Origin: Flectonema sp. DT1601
Lineage: Eukaryota
Assembly: GCA_964019425.1 (NCBI GenBank)
Contig: OZ025789.1
Coordinates: 992,001-1,056,000, forward strand
Direction of reading: 5' to 3'
DNA: 64,000 nucleotides
Positions 1 through 11,173 of the stretch are shown here, in pieces. Under the pieces are notes generated by a model, which saw only the letters and a program-made list of their open reading frames with translations, had not been told where the DNA came from and searched no databases. Position 1 is the stretch's first letter, and each line of letters opens with the position of its first letter. Position numbers and translations under genes: made by a program.

Positions 1-872
1 AAGCTTCCGATACCCACAACGCAAACCAAGTCGAAGTCTTTGAGGCCGAGAGTCTTTCGGCCGTCAGTTCCTTCGGCAGCCTTGTCAGCTTGTTTTGAAT
101 AGTATTGTTGTGCCATGTCAGCGTCTTCTACACCTTCTAGCTCACCGATACCCTTGTTTCCTGGAAGCTCACCGCCGCTTGTTACTGCTTCAAGGTACTT
201 CCACCATCTCTGTTTTTCCTTTTCACAATCATCAGGTTTCGCATCATCACCCACAGCCGCTGTCAATACATATGTCCTCGGTAAGCTGGGACCCATTAAG
301 CAGAATGCATATCTGTACATCGTACAGTCAACTACTTTAGTATTTTTTAGTGGAATTGTTCCAAGTCTTTTCCCACCTTGTTTTTCATGATAGTGAAGGT
401 TGTCACCTCTTATTTCAAACCAACGAGTTTTAAAAGGGTCTTTAAAAGCAACGGTCCGGGCACCCAATTTTCTCAGGTAGCCACCGCCACCGAAGAGACC
501 GAGCAGTGCCCTGAACTCCGATGCAGAATTAAGTCCGTTACAATGCTTAACTTGTGCTAGGAAATCCTCTAATTGTCTTCTTCTCTCTTCAACGAATTTT
601 GGATCAAACCTTCCAAATGTCTTCTTTGGTGGAGGTTCTGGTAAGTGTGGCAACCCTAACTCTTTACTCTTCTTTCGTAGTGCCTTAAACGCTTCTTCAA
701 ATTCTCTAAACCTCCTCCAACAACTAGCTAACTCAGACCCACTCCTCTCTTCTCTTATACTTACTTTATAAACCATAAAGTCACTCTTCTTAGTAGGGTC
801 AGTTACATGAACAGTCATAGAATTCCAATCAGGGTCGGAGAGATCAGAGGGAGGCCCATCCCCCATAGTCAT
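1..872 (-). CDS. PX-PH domain AGC-family Ser/Thr kinase (5' part; runs off the window edge)
   Basis: Not in the ORF track; manual translation is open from ATG 872 (or 866) to base 1. PX motif (VYKVSI..CWRRFREFE..LPEPPPKKTFGRFDPKFVEERRRQLEDFL), PH domain (GYLRKLG..FKTRWFEIRGDNLHYHE..LGTIPL..EKQRWWKYL), then the kinase N-lobe start LGLKDFDLVCVVGIGSF. Confidence 0.88.
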   Translation of the reverse strand, partial: MTMGDGPPSDLSDPDWNSMTVHVTDPTKKSDFMVYKVSIREERSGSELASCWRRFREFEEAFKALRKKSKELGLPHLPEPPPKKTFGRFDPKFVEERRRQLEDFLAQVKHCNGLNSASEFRALLGLFGGGGYLRKLGARTVAFKDPFKTRWFEIRGDNLHYHEKQGGKRLGTIPLKNTKVVDCTMYRYAFCLMGPSLPRTYVLTAAVGDDAKPDDCEKEKQRWWKYLEAVTSGGELPGNKGIGELEGVEDADMAQQYYSKQADKAAEGTDGRKTLGLKDFDLVCVVGIGS

Positions 873-1450
873 TTAATATATCTCCCACCTGTTCCTGAAT
901 GAAAGTAAGTAAAATTATTCCGAGATGAAAACTATCACAAGAGAATCTGCAATAAGTCACTTGAATACAGCAAATGGAATACGAAGCTTTGCAATTCAAA
1001 GAAGAAAGAGTAAAAATTAGAGGGATGGTGCTAGTATGTCCACAACTAACAATAAACTTCGCCATCGGGTTGTTACTCATTATCGGATGCCGACTTCCAT
1101 GGCCACCGTCGTCTAGATGAACCGACAGGATCTGATAAGCGATCACTGGATTCTTTGTCGATTGAGCAACTCCGCGTTCATGCCGAAATGGAGGACATCG
1201 GTAGAACTGAAGTAAATCACTGTACTAGTTCTATGCAGAGGATACCAATTAGCTCAGCATTCCCAAATTGAGCGACTCTTGTCTCTGGCGAGTGATTGAT
1301 CGAGAACAACATCGACACATTCCGGAATTGAACTATTATGTCCTAAACCTTGCATCACCACCTCGAACGTCCTGAAATTTAAAAAATACAATTAAAAAAC
1401 TGCATCAGGGGTATGTGACAAAATAAATAAAAAACGAAATTTGCCAGCAT

Positions 1451-1532
1451 GGCAGGATGGCCGAGCGGTCTAAGGCGGAGGACTCAAGTTCCTCTATCTT
1501 CGGATGCGTGGGTTCAAACCCCACTCCTGTCA
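1451..1532 (+). tRNA. tRNA-Leu (anticodon CAA)
   Basis: Acceptor stem GGCAGGA/TCCTGTC+A, D-arm TGGCCGAGCGGTCTAAGG, anticodon stem GAGGA-CTCAAGT-TCCTC, long variable arm, T-loop GGTTCAAACC, followed by a T5 Pol III terminator. Confidence 0.96.
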
Positions 1533-1549
1533 ATTTTTAGTTATCAGAA

Positions 1550-1892
1550 GTGGAAAAAACCGCACTAATTTTTCCACAAAATAATATTTTCCACTTGCAC
1601 CAATATTTCTACCAGAATAGACTTTTTCCAGCAGTTTGCGGTTCACAGTGCACTAATCTTTCCACACAGTAATGTAATATTTCCAGTTGCAGTACTGGAA
1701 AAAAATCTATTCTGAACAGAGAAATTAGTGTGGTAGAAAAACATTACTGCGTGGAAAAATTAGTGCGGTTTTTCCATGCAGTAATATGTTCCTCCAAACT
1801 AATATTTCCAGTTGCAGCAAAAAACCGCACTAATTTTCCACGTAACATTTCCCTGCAGTCCAATGCACTAAACTGTGAACCGACTTAAACTG
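1550..1892. repeat. Fold-back/MITE-like cluster of nested inverted repeats
   Basis: TGGAAAAAACCGCACTAATTTTTCCAC (1551-1577) is inverted at 1751-1776 and direct again at 1819-1841. An inner pair CAGAATAGA..TTCCAG / CTGGAA..TCTATTCTG and a pair CGGTTCACAGT / ACTGTGAACCG are also present. Confidence 0.75.
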
Positions 1893-2104
1893 ATCAGCCT
1901 CATCTTTGCTGTGTGTTTATGTGAAAAAGAATTAACTGACAAAAAGCTCACACAGCGTCATGGAAAAACAATGTGTAAACGTCAATAGGCATGAATAACA
2001 GAAACTTAGAAGTCCGTGACACAGGAAAACCTGGCCGAAAAGGAGAGAGAAACAAACAAGAGAAACTGATGGAGTGCTTTGGAGAATTAATGAAGGTTTT
2101 CTTA

Positions 2105-2380
2105 TCACTGATCTGCGCAGAGGCTCCAGGCATTGACGGCCTCAATCATCGGTTCTGGCACTCCGCAGGGGTCATATTGAATTGTTCGCATAACTAATTC
2201 TATCAGTTCATGAAGTGTCTCCTCGTCGGTTTGTGTGTCGTCTAACATAAACCCAAGTGACTCCATCTCTACTAACAATTCACGTGCATCTTGATGACAC
2301 GATTGGTATACACAGTCGATCAGTTCAAGGAGTTCCTTCTCAGAACCCACAACGTATTTTTTCATATTATATGACTTCAT
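2105..2380 (-). CDS. Small acidic hypothetical protein (91 aa)
   Basis: ORF on the cluster strand with A-rich context before the ATG and helical, protein-like composition; no family recognised. Confidence 0.35.
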   Translation of the reverse strand: MKSYNMKKYVVGSEKELLELIDCVYQSCHQDARELLVEMESLGFMLDDTQTDEETLHELIELVMRTIQYDPCGVPEPMIEAVNAWSLCADQ

Positions 2381-2646
2381 TTATTTTGTTATTCTTTTGA
2401 TGCAAGCAAATAAGTAAAAACACTTAGAAATACAACAATGATTCTGCATTTCTTTCCCAATCAGTGCATGTTTGCTGACCTGAAAGAATATGTCTTCAAT
2501 CGCTAAAACAGTAAAACCTACATTTCATTTGATTGCGGGTTAAGGAACCCTTCATTGCTAACAATCAGTTTGAGTGTTTTAAGATAAGAGTTCCGTAAGA
2601 CGATTCGCTTGTCTAGGTTAGGAGGAGCGGTGATTAAGTCTGCCAG

Positions 2647-4398
2647 TTAAAATTCACTTTCATCCATGTTAAATGCAGTCATCATGGCAATTCTTGCCCT
2701 GTCCATACCTCTTGTACCAGAGCGTAGTGCATCCACACGAGACGGGGCTTGGAGAATTTGTGGAACGTTTGATCTTCTCTTCGTCTTGCGAGTTGGAGAT
2801 TTCTTGCGTTTCTTTGAAACACGGTCAGGAACACAGTCGATGAGGTCCACAGCTGCAACTGATTCACCACCTTGAGTTAACACAACTCGATCTCGTAATT
2901 CTGCTGGTTGATGTTCCACTACAATGAGTGGTGATTTGGCACCTCCTACAGTTCCCGCAATGCGTTGTTTTTTGAAGTTCTTCCCTCCCTTCCCCAATAT
3001 TTTAACCCCTGCAGCAGTACATTGGGCATAACAAGGGAAGTCAGAGTTCAACAAAGGGGTCACACCAACTACAAGTTTTGCACTTATTTGTGTCACAAAT
3101 GCACCATCGTACTCGGGGTTGCTTGGTGGGTGTCGAGAGTTAGGAAACGGAGTTGTATTTTGATCTGTAGGCTGGTGGCTTGTGCTGTCAGTGCCAAGGC
3201 GGGTGATTCTTGCTTCGGTACTTACAGAAGTTGCGGATTTCTGTGTCGTTCCTGTAGCAGGGATTAGAATCTCGCCATCAGATACTTCTTCAGAATCACA
3301 TCTCGCGACTGTTGTTGTTAATGAATCAATTCTAGTAGTCGCACTGGACAGCTGAGTCACTTGCTTAACACCAATTGCACTCTTTTCAATGTATCGCTGT
3401 TTTTCTTGATCGATAACTGGTTTCTTAATGCTTTTAAGAGGAGAGCAATTCCCCAGTAAAATATATTTCGTAAGATCGGTCTCCTTTACTGGGCGAAAAC
3501 CCATCTTTCTCAATACACCAGTGTTATTGTCAGGTGGGCTGACAATTATTGACTTTTGATGTCTTACTAAGAAACCAATGCGACCTTTTGCCGTAGTGAG
3601 CTCTGCTGCTTCGTTGCTCGCATTCATGGGAGTGCCCTTGCAGTGGGTTATTATTTCGCAGTGTTTAGTGTAAGACTCTTTTGTTAGGAATACGAAACAC
3701 ATGTCTTTATAAATATCTATTCGCAAGACGTTTTGATCGAAGACCGACCCTGTTATCATATTTTCAGGAAAACACTCTGGAAAATTTTCCATCCATACTG
3801 GGCTTGGTGGAGGTATGAAAAGTGACGGTTGGGGAACAGCGTCAGAAGCGGCTCTGCGAGATGCCAAAGCTGCCAACCATTCAAAAGTGACCAACGGAAT
3901 TCCCAAAGCGAGTCCTGAAACTACAACAGTGGAAGGATAAACTACATCACTTACTAAGTGAGTACATTCTGAAATCACAACTGTAATATGACCTCCAACT
4001 GTAATGATATCACGTTGTAGTTGTGTCTTGGTTTCTGGTGATGTTTTAGTTAGACAAATTGTTATGGGAATCCATTGCAATTTAAATATCGATCCGAAGA
4101 CTCCAAACTGGATTTCATCACCCTCGACTACTTTTGTTACTTTCTTAGTCAGTGCTGTTCCGTTGACTTTTGTACCATAACGACTTGTGTCTTTTATGGT
4201 TAAGTCTGGTCTACTTTTGAGATTGTGAACATCGTACTCATCTTCTACCAGAACATCAGCGTGTGCTCTGCTGATACTTCTGTCATTCTGAACTAAAAGG
4301 TCACATTCTCCTTCTTTCCTTCCAACAACATATTTAGTACCTGCGCACAGCCAGTATCGAATATCACTGTCTTCTCCTCTTCGATACAACAGCCACAT
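2647..4398 (-). CDS. NBS1: Nibrin/NBS1 homologue (FHA + BRCT, Mre11-binding motif)
   Basis: Start MWLL at 4398; the first 66 codons of the listed ORF lie upstream of or span a TTTTACAG|G acceptor. FHA (YVVGRK..DRSISRAHA..DTSRYGTKVNG), BRCT (GGHIT..CTHLV..PLVTFEWL) and a C-terminal KNFKK motif. Confidence 0.88.
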   Translation of the reverse strand: MWLLYRRGEDSDIRYWLCAGTKYVVGRKEGECDLLVQNDRSISRAHADVLVEDEYDVHNLKSRPDLTIKDTSRYGTKVNGTALTKKVTKVVEGDEIQFGVFGSIFKLQWIPITICLTKTSPETKTQLQRDIITVGGHITVVISECTHLVSDVVYPSTVVVSGLALGIPLVTFEWLAALASRRAASDAVPQPSLFIPPPSPVWMENFPECFPENMITGSVFDQNVLRIDIYKDMCFVFLTKESYTKHCEIITHCKGTPMNASNEAAELTTAKGRIGFLVRHQKSIIVSPPDNNTGVLRKMGFRPVKETDLTKYILLGNCSPLKSIKKPVIDQEKQRYIEKSAIGVKQVTQLSSATTRIDSLTTTVARCDSEEVSDGEILIPATGTTQKSATSVSTEARITRLGTDSTSHQPTDQNTTPFPNSRHPPSNPEYDGAFVTQISAKLVVGVTPLLNSDFPCYAQCTAAGVKILGKGGKNFKKQRIAGTVGGAKSPLIVVEHQPAELRDRVVLTQGGESVAAVDLIDCVPDRVSKKRKKSPTRKTKRRSNVPQILQAPSRVDALRSGTRGMDRARIAMMTAFNMDESEF

Positions 4399-4779
4399 TA
4401 AGCTATCCTGTAAAATAAATAAAAAAAAATAAGATATCTTCGCTACACTATTACAAACAGGTTCAAAATTTCTCACGACATTTTTTTTGTATCTTTTCTT
4501 TTCGAAGAGATGGAAGATGAGTTCTTTCAACTTCGACCTCACATAGAGAAGACCAATACCGAAACAAAATACAGCGAACGGATAATAAAAATACAATTAC
4601 AAAAATAAGTTGACAAGAATATTTCGATTGGTCGGTCGGTCGCAGCCGTCACGAATCCGAATCGAGAAAATACAAATACATAAGATTAGGATGTGATGCT
4701 TTACTTAACCAACAAGAGAGACACTTCTTGTCTAAGGGAAACTCTACAAGGATTTATTCTAATTTAGTAATCGCGAGTG

Positions 4780-5511
4780 TTAGTGAGTGTTGGTATCCAA
4801 ATCCGCAAATAGTGACACCGGTGGGTCTTCAGCACGCGGTACACTCAATCGTTGGATTGCTAACCGTCCATTATAAGCATTTGGTGACTTCATCGAACAA
4901 GCCTTCTTGCTGTCTTTAACTCGTTCCCTTTCAAGATTGCGGAGTGTCATGACGGAGGCAGTCTCGAATATGCGACGTCTTTCTTTCTCTTCGTAGAATG
5001 AATCAAAGTGTTGGTCCATGAATTCACGTTGAGTGGAGTTAATCTCCTGGCGATGCATTTCAGCCTTACCTAGGAGGGCAGTGCGAAGACTTTGAACGTG
5101 GAGTTGAAGATTTTTAATTTCATTTTCTTGATGAGAAATAAGAGCATCTTGCTCATGAACTTCCAAGAATGGGGGTGTTTGAGTGCAGGCTTCAGCTGAG
5201 TCTTCGTTTCCAACAATGTTAGCTTCTGTGGCAGCATCCGCGCACTCGAGAGGTGTAAAATCATCGAACCCTCGCCCGCGTCTGGGACTTCTTGGCGATG
5301 TTGGTGTTCTCTCTTCTTCTACAACTAATCGATCGTCTCGCGTTACATTCCATAGTCCCTGTCTCATTCTCTCTTCAGCTAATAAATAAGTAAAGGTTCT
5401 GTCACTACCAACTTCTCCAGGGGCAGCAGAGAGCGCATTCTTCAACTTTCGTAATGGGGCTCCCCTAATATATTGCACTCCCTGAAGGTTTAATAAACCA
5501 GAGAGTTCCAT
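4780..5511 (-). CDS. Hypothetical coiled-coil protein (243 aa)
   Basis: Long ORF on the cluster strand, CAG|G acceptor 15 nt upstream of the ATG, heptad-like C-terminal half. Confidence 0.7.
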   Translation of the reverse strand: MELSGLLNLQGVQYIRGAPLRKLKNALSAAPGEVGSDRTFTYLLAEERMRQGLWNVTRDDRLVVEEERTPTSPRSPRRGRGFDDFTPLECADAATEANIVGNEDSAEACTQTPPFLEVHEQDALISHQENEIKNLQLHVQSLRTALLGKAEMHRQEINSTQREFMDQHFDSFYEEKERRRIFETASVMTLRNLERERVKDSKKACSMKSPNAYNGRLAIQRLSVPRAEDPPVSLFADLDTNTH

Positions 5512-5785
5512 ATTGAACAGTACAACCTGATTGGAATTGTGTTGTGTTTCAAAGTCGCAGTTAGCCTTGTGTAGTTAAGCTGAAAAGTATGTTTCTACAT
5601 GTTTAATGGCTGATTTAAAGAATATTTGTAAACTTTAGAAAAAAGAAACCGTTCTCATTAAGTTACTTAAACCAGAAAACACAAGCGTTCCAAAATAAAA
5701 CGCTGTTTCATTATTTTTTGAGAATCGAACTCAAAAGAGGCTAGTGGGATAAGGAAACAAAAAACACAGTCAGATGAGATTGTAA

Positions 5786-7132
5786 TCACTCCTTGTTGTT
5801 ATGCTGGTCTTCCTGTTGTTTTCGAATGCTACTTTTCATCATCGCTCTTCTATTCGGATTTACGAGACCACGAGATCGGCTGAATGATGGCTTGTTGACT
5901 TTAGCTGGAGGAGGTTCGCTTAGTTTTTGTGAAGTACGATCGACAGTAACATTAGAAGGATGAACAGAGTCAACGTCAAGAGACGACCAGTCCGTAGCAG
6001 AGACAGGATCTGAATGACGAGGATAAGTATGAGAAGGTTGAATAACATTATCATCCATATCAACATCGATATCAAAGTCGAAATCCAAACCCCCATCAGC
6101 AACAGCTTGTGATGAGCCATCTGGATTGTAATTCCCACTTAAAACCGACGGAGTAGCTGCTGCCAGTTCACTTTGACTTGCTAAAGTCTGTCTATTCTCA
6201 CTCGCACTAAATGACGGCATTGGTGGAGGTGTCAGTGGTACAATCTGTTCCTGTGAGGCTGGAGGCGGAGGACTGGGTATCCTCCTCTTCATTGCTCTGG
6301 TTGGCGGTGCTTTCTTACCGTCAGTTACCCTAGATGCGAACAAAACTGCCATGGGATCATCATTTTGAGTACTTTGTTGTGAATTGTGAAAGGCATATCT
6401 CTTATCTATTTGTAGTCCACAAGGAGTAATATCATCTTGTTCAGGGTAGGTGAGATCTTTAAAGTGAGGATGTGATTCCAAATTCAAATGGCGAACAAGA
6501 CTTTGTTGAATTTTTAATGAAGAGGCCTCTGGATCTGGGTCTGCTTCAGAGTGAAGAGGACCGTAATCAATAGCACCTCCACCACCTGATTCACTGTTAG
6601 TTAAATCTGTTAATGAAACAGCGACTACGGCATCTTCAAGAGTTACTTCATGTTTGTTAAGAAGAAGACTGTGTGCTTGTGCTAATCTGATTAAACTTTC
6701 AAGCATTCGTACGGTTCTTCTACTTCTGTTTGCGACGGATCTATTCTCTCTTTGAGAATTAAAGTATCTCTGGATCAGAGTAGACGCTGCGGGTGTCATT
6801 GGTGGTAGTGGACCAGACTTCTTACTTCTTACCCAAGAGACATAATTTCTAAGAATTTCAGTATCCCATCTGCTTGTCTCAACATCAACAGTCACAGTGT
6901 TAGGTTCCCAGGGAGGCTCTTCGGCTTTTGATAATAAGAAACGAGCTAGTGACTCATCCCAATTATCATCTTGACCGTCTAATAAGACCATCACAAGATC
7001 GAATCGAGATAGCAGAGGAGTGGCAATTCCAATGGCTGTTTCACCCTCAGCCACGGATTGGTCTTTCTTTGGATTACAAGCAGCGATAATTGAACATCTC
7101 GTGTTGAGTGTCGTAACAAGACCTGCCTTAGC

Positions 7133-7168
<36 letters not shown>

Positions 7169-8524
7169 AGCAATGTGTTTCTGTTCAGGAATGGTTGAGA
7201 ACTCATCAATACAACAAACACCACCATCAGCTATGACAAGAGCACCAGCATCAAGAACCCATTCTCCACACTCTTTAGTCGCGCTTACTGTTAATCCGGC
7301 TGACGTTGAACCGATTCCCGTAGTGCACACTGAGCGACAACTCATCTTACTTGCGAATCTCAAAAACTGAGATTTCGCAGTTCCCGGATCTCCAACAAGA
7401 AGCATGTGGCATTCTCCTCGAGTTCTGTTTCCATGAGTTTCTTCGTTATTTACGCTATATCCACCTATTAGAACTAGGATCAGACCTAACTTTACTTTAT
7501 GCATTCCATATACTTGTGGGCATACCCAGGAGAGAATTAGATTTCTGGCAGCTAGTCGTTGATTGGAGTGGGTGGACCAAAAGTCTTCAAACATCTCTTC
7601 GTCATCGTGAGATATTGTGGCTGAGGTTTTGTTTTCATTTGTGACTTTAATGTGGTTTGCGTGTAGTACTAGTTCAATGCTGCATCGTTGTTCTGATTTG
7701 GGTTCCTTTAACCATCTCTGGGTTAGGATACCAATACAAATGACATCATCACCTGCACGACAGGTTTCTACTAAGTCATCACCTAATGCTACTGTTATTG
7801 ATCTTGGAATGGTACCTGCTGACAAGTGTGCTACCTGATCTTGAAGTTTTAGTTCTTGGTAGTCTCGCATCCTTCCAGTCAGTTCAACTGCTGACATCGC
7901 AATCATTGTTCTTCCGCAACTTAGACATGAAGGGGGTCTTTGTACTACTCCTGGTCCATGAACAGGTGATATAGCATTTATTGATTGCCTTCCTTCAGGT
8001 ATTCCATGGCATCTGTCACATCCGTATTCCTTTGTCGCTTCGTACATTTTAACACTGCCTTCTCTTATGACAGTTCCCTTGACGCGTATTAGTTGGCCGA
8101 CGTCTTCAGTTCGTAATGCGGTTATGGAGGGTTTACAGAATTCAGATGTGAGCGGAATTTCTGAAACTCTGATGGTTATGTTTTTCTTTAAAGAATAGTC
8201 AGTCGGGGAGTTGGTGCCCAAAAGCGACATGTCTTCGCATTGACGGACTTTGTCAAGCATCGTAACCTGGATTAGAGTTGCAGCCTTCTCAGCTAACGGC
8301 AACATTTCTTCTGGTCTTGCGAGCAGTAAATGTCCGACTTTCACGTTTAAATTCAATAAAATGATCGCATCGACGATAACAGAATAATATTTTCGAGTGT
8401 CTTCTTCCAACATCACCGACTCAAACTGATCCAAATGATGTTCAAAATATCTGCATAATATCGAAACATACTCTTCTTCAGTATTCTCAGTCGGGTCTAA
8501 CAAGACTTTATTTGATTGATTCAT
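5786..8524 (-). CDS. MCM9: DNA helicase MCM9
   Basis: MCM Zn finger (CDRC..CLSC), Walker A GDPGTAKSQ, TTGIGSTSAGLT, IDEF, HEAMEQQTISIAKAG and arginine finger SRFDL. IDEFS, TVRMLESLIRLAQAH and the long disordered tail fit MCM9. Confidence 0.9.
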
Positions 8525-8971
8525 CGTACAGATGATCGCAACATTAATGACCCTGTTTGTGAAGTAATAAGTGTACTAAATCTAATATAACTGTCAACCG
8601 ATCACTATAATGTTATAAATTAGGTTACGGAAGGAGTAGGTGATATGTGTAGGGCGGTATTGGAATGAAATGGGCCATCTAATTAAATAAATTAAAGCAA
8701 ATCTTGTTAAAACTAAAAGGCTAGTGCATTGGTAACTCGCACAACCAAATAATAATTAAACAAAAATTGCATGAGAGAGTAATCGAGGCGTTTTAAACGA
8801 ACATCAATAATTTATGAGACATGTTAACTAAAAGTAACGTTAGTTTTAGGTAAAACACTCCGCTGAGTGTAATTGTGAATCTTTTTGGAGGGTTCACGTT
8901 ACTTTATTAAAAAAATTTTTTTAAAAAAGGGGGAAATAAAGGGAACTTAAATAATTTACAAAATATACTTT

Positions 8972-9048
8972 AAGGGCAGTGGCCCAAAATACACCTCTTT
9001 TTTTTGCAAATGGCCCTAATGGCCAGTGTATTTTGGGCCATAACCCTT
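8972..9048. repeat. Short inverted-repeat element (hairpin or mini-MITE)
   Basis: Perfect 15-bp IR TGGCCCAAAATACAC (8980-8994) / GTGTATTTTGGGCCA (9026-9040), extended by AAGGG/CCCTT. Confidence 0.7.
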
Positions 9049-9600
9049 TTTTTTAAAGGAAAAAAAAAAAGAGAGAAGAAGAAAAGAACAAGAAGCATAA
9101 TGGCATAACACAATGTCTTCTGTTCCGTAACTTTTAGTTCATAAGTCACCTAATTTTTTTATAAAAGTATGACGAATGCGAATTCCGACAGCCGAAAAAA
9201 AGAGAGCAGACAAAAACAGGAGTTTGTTTTTTTCTTTTTTCTTGATTGTGCGTAATCTGTCCCTTTAAAAAACAAGAAGAAGTTGTTTTTTAAAAGAAAA
9301 AGAAAGGGGAACAGATCCATGCTTCCAATCATTTATTAAAGAAGGGGAAAAAAAAGAAGAAAAAAAAAAAGATAATTTTAACTATAAAACCAGGAATCGA
9401 CATTATCATGGTTTTCAAAGAAAAAAAAATTATAAAAACGGTATTTAAAGGAGGAGATTCTTAAGCTACTGAAGCATATTATTTTGTTTTGTTTTGTTTT
9501 TGCCAACAGAAGTTGTGTCTTGCTTAGTAAGGGTGTGTATGGTCATCAAAAACTAACCTCATCAGAGGAGTAGTGATTCCATAAATGAAGTACCCGTTGC

Positions 9601-10893
9601 CTAATGCCTGCCTACTACGTGTGCTGGTTGAAGAACTGAAGGGACAGGTACATTCGGGTTGAGTTCTGCCGCAGAACTGATCTCGTCAGGAGTTGAGTTC
9701 TTAATCCAAAACCAAAACGCGATTGCAATCGCGCAGTACGAAATGACGAGAGTCGCTCCCTCAAACCAAGTCGCTTCTTTTTTGTTTGTAACTTGAAATG
9801 CTTTTAAAATACATAAAAAGAATACAACTGTTTCGAGAACACCAAAATTAAGATTCAAAGGCTGACCAATCGACCAACCAATACAAACAAGAAGAGGTAC
9901 TACGAAAGCGCAAACCTGCATAGAAGAACCAATAGCCACTCCAACACAAAGATCCATCTTACCTTTACAAGCCATGCTAACGACTGTAACGAATTCTGGA
10001 AGATTACCAGCCAGTGGGAGTAAGATGAAAGCAACGAATCTCGGAGAGATGCCCATATTGAGCGCGAAGCTGCCAATGCTATCGCAGACCCATTCTGAAA
10101 CCATGCAGACCATCATTGTAACGACAGACAAACATGCGATTCCTGTCTTCAGTGAGAGGATTGGCGACTCTTCAGAATCCTCATCGTCGTCAAAGAGATG
10201 CGGGTGAGTCTTCATCGAGAACATTATAAATAAAAAGTACGAAACCAACAATAAAATTGCTAAATAATGACTCATCTGTAACAATTCTGCCTCATCGACA
10301 TCACCACGAGCAGATGCGGCACATGGAAGACAGTATGCAAACAGAGCACAGAATAAAACAGAAGTATTCGCACCTGCTGCAGGACGATTCCATTTAATTG
10401 AAGAGTTGCTGGAACCAGCGCATAGGAATGCAACGCCGAGTGACCAAATTACATTTGAAGTGATTGATCCCAACAACGAATACTTTACGACTCCTATTAA
10501 TCCTTTACACAAGGCGAAGGTCGCGATGATCATCTCAATTGCATTTCCGAAGGTGACATTTAGCAATGCTCCAAGGACTTGGTTTAAATGTAAACTGATT
10601 TGTTCAGTTGACGTTGATAGCATGTTTGAAAGAGCAACCAACGACAACAATGAAGTCACAAACAACGCATTATTACCGAAGTCTGACATCCAACACATTA
10701 CCGCAAGTGGAAACGTGAAGGCCAATAAATTAAATTTCGATTCGAAAAACCATTCGCTCACACCTTCCCAGGTACCCATCTCCTCACCAGCTGGCTCCAT
10801 CTCATTTGCCAACAGTCGCGTGCCTTCATTTATAGAGACATAAGACTGTTCTTTGATGGATGCTGCTCTCTTCTGTGGTTCGAAGGTAGTCAT
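9601..10893 (-). CDS. CAX: Ca2+/H+ antiporter (CAX/VCX1 family)
   Basis: About 11 TM segments, GALLNVTFGNAIE and LPLAGNLPE alpha repeats, acidic loop KTHPHLFDDDEDSEE, KMDL..AIGSSMQ. Confidence 0.93.
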   Translation of the reverse strand: MTTFEPQKRAASIKEQSYVSINEGTRLLANEMEPAGEEMGTWEGVSEWFFESKFNLLAFTFPLAVMCWMSDFGNNALFVTSLLSLVALSNMLSTSTEQISLHLNQVLGALLNVTFGNAIEMIIATFALCKGLIGVVKYSLLGSITSNVIWSLGVAFLCAGSSNSSIKWNRPAAGANTSVLFCALFAYCLPCAASARGDVDEAELLQMSHYLAILLLVSYFLFIMFSMKTHPHLFDDDEDSEESPILSLKTGIACLSVVTMMVCMVSEWVCDSIGSFALNMGISPRFVAFILLPLAGNLPEFVTVVSMACKGKMDLCVGVAIGSSMQVCAFVVPLLVCIGWSIGQPLNLNFGVLETVVFFLCILKAFQVTNKKEATWFEGATLVISYCAIAIAFWFWIKNSTPDEISSAAELNPNVPVPSVLQPAHVVGRH

Positions 10894-10987
10894 TTTTTTT
10901 CTTTTTTTTGAAAAATTATCTATAGGGGGGTGAAAGAGAATAGTTTACAACTATCTTTCCTCTCAGAGAACGAAATTGCTTTGTTCT

Positions 10988-11173
10988 TTAATTAAAATAA
11001 GATCTGAACGTCTGCTGAAGAACTTTAATAACAAACAACACGTTGAATTCCGACTCTAAGAATACATTATCGAGACTCCATGAATTAGTATTATCGTCGT
11101 CTTGAAGTTGAGAGCTGACGTGAATCGTAATTAAAGGTGTGCTCTCATCAGGTGAAGTCACATTATTGGTCAT
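10988..11173 (-). pseudogene. Truncated copy of a CAX N-terminus
   Basis: DESTPLI..VFLESEFNVLFV aligns with NEGTRLL..WFFESKFNLLAF of the adjacent CAX; similarity stops before the transporter core. Confidence 0.55.

Noticed and set aside
4399..4596. N-terminal TM extension of NBS1
   Set aside because: It has a non-ATG start and lies almost entirely upstream of a clear splice acceptor, in intergenic-type sequence.
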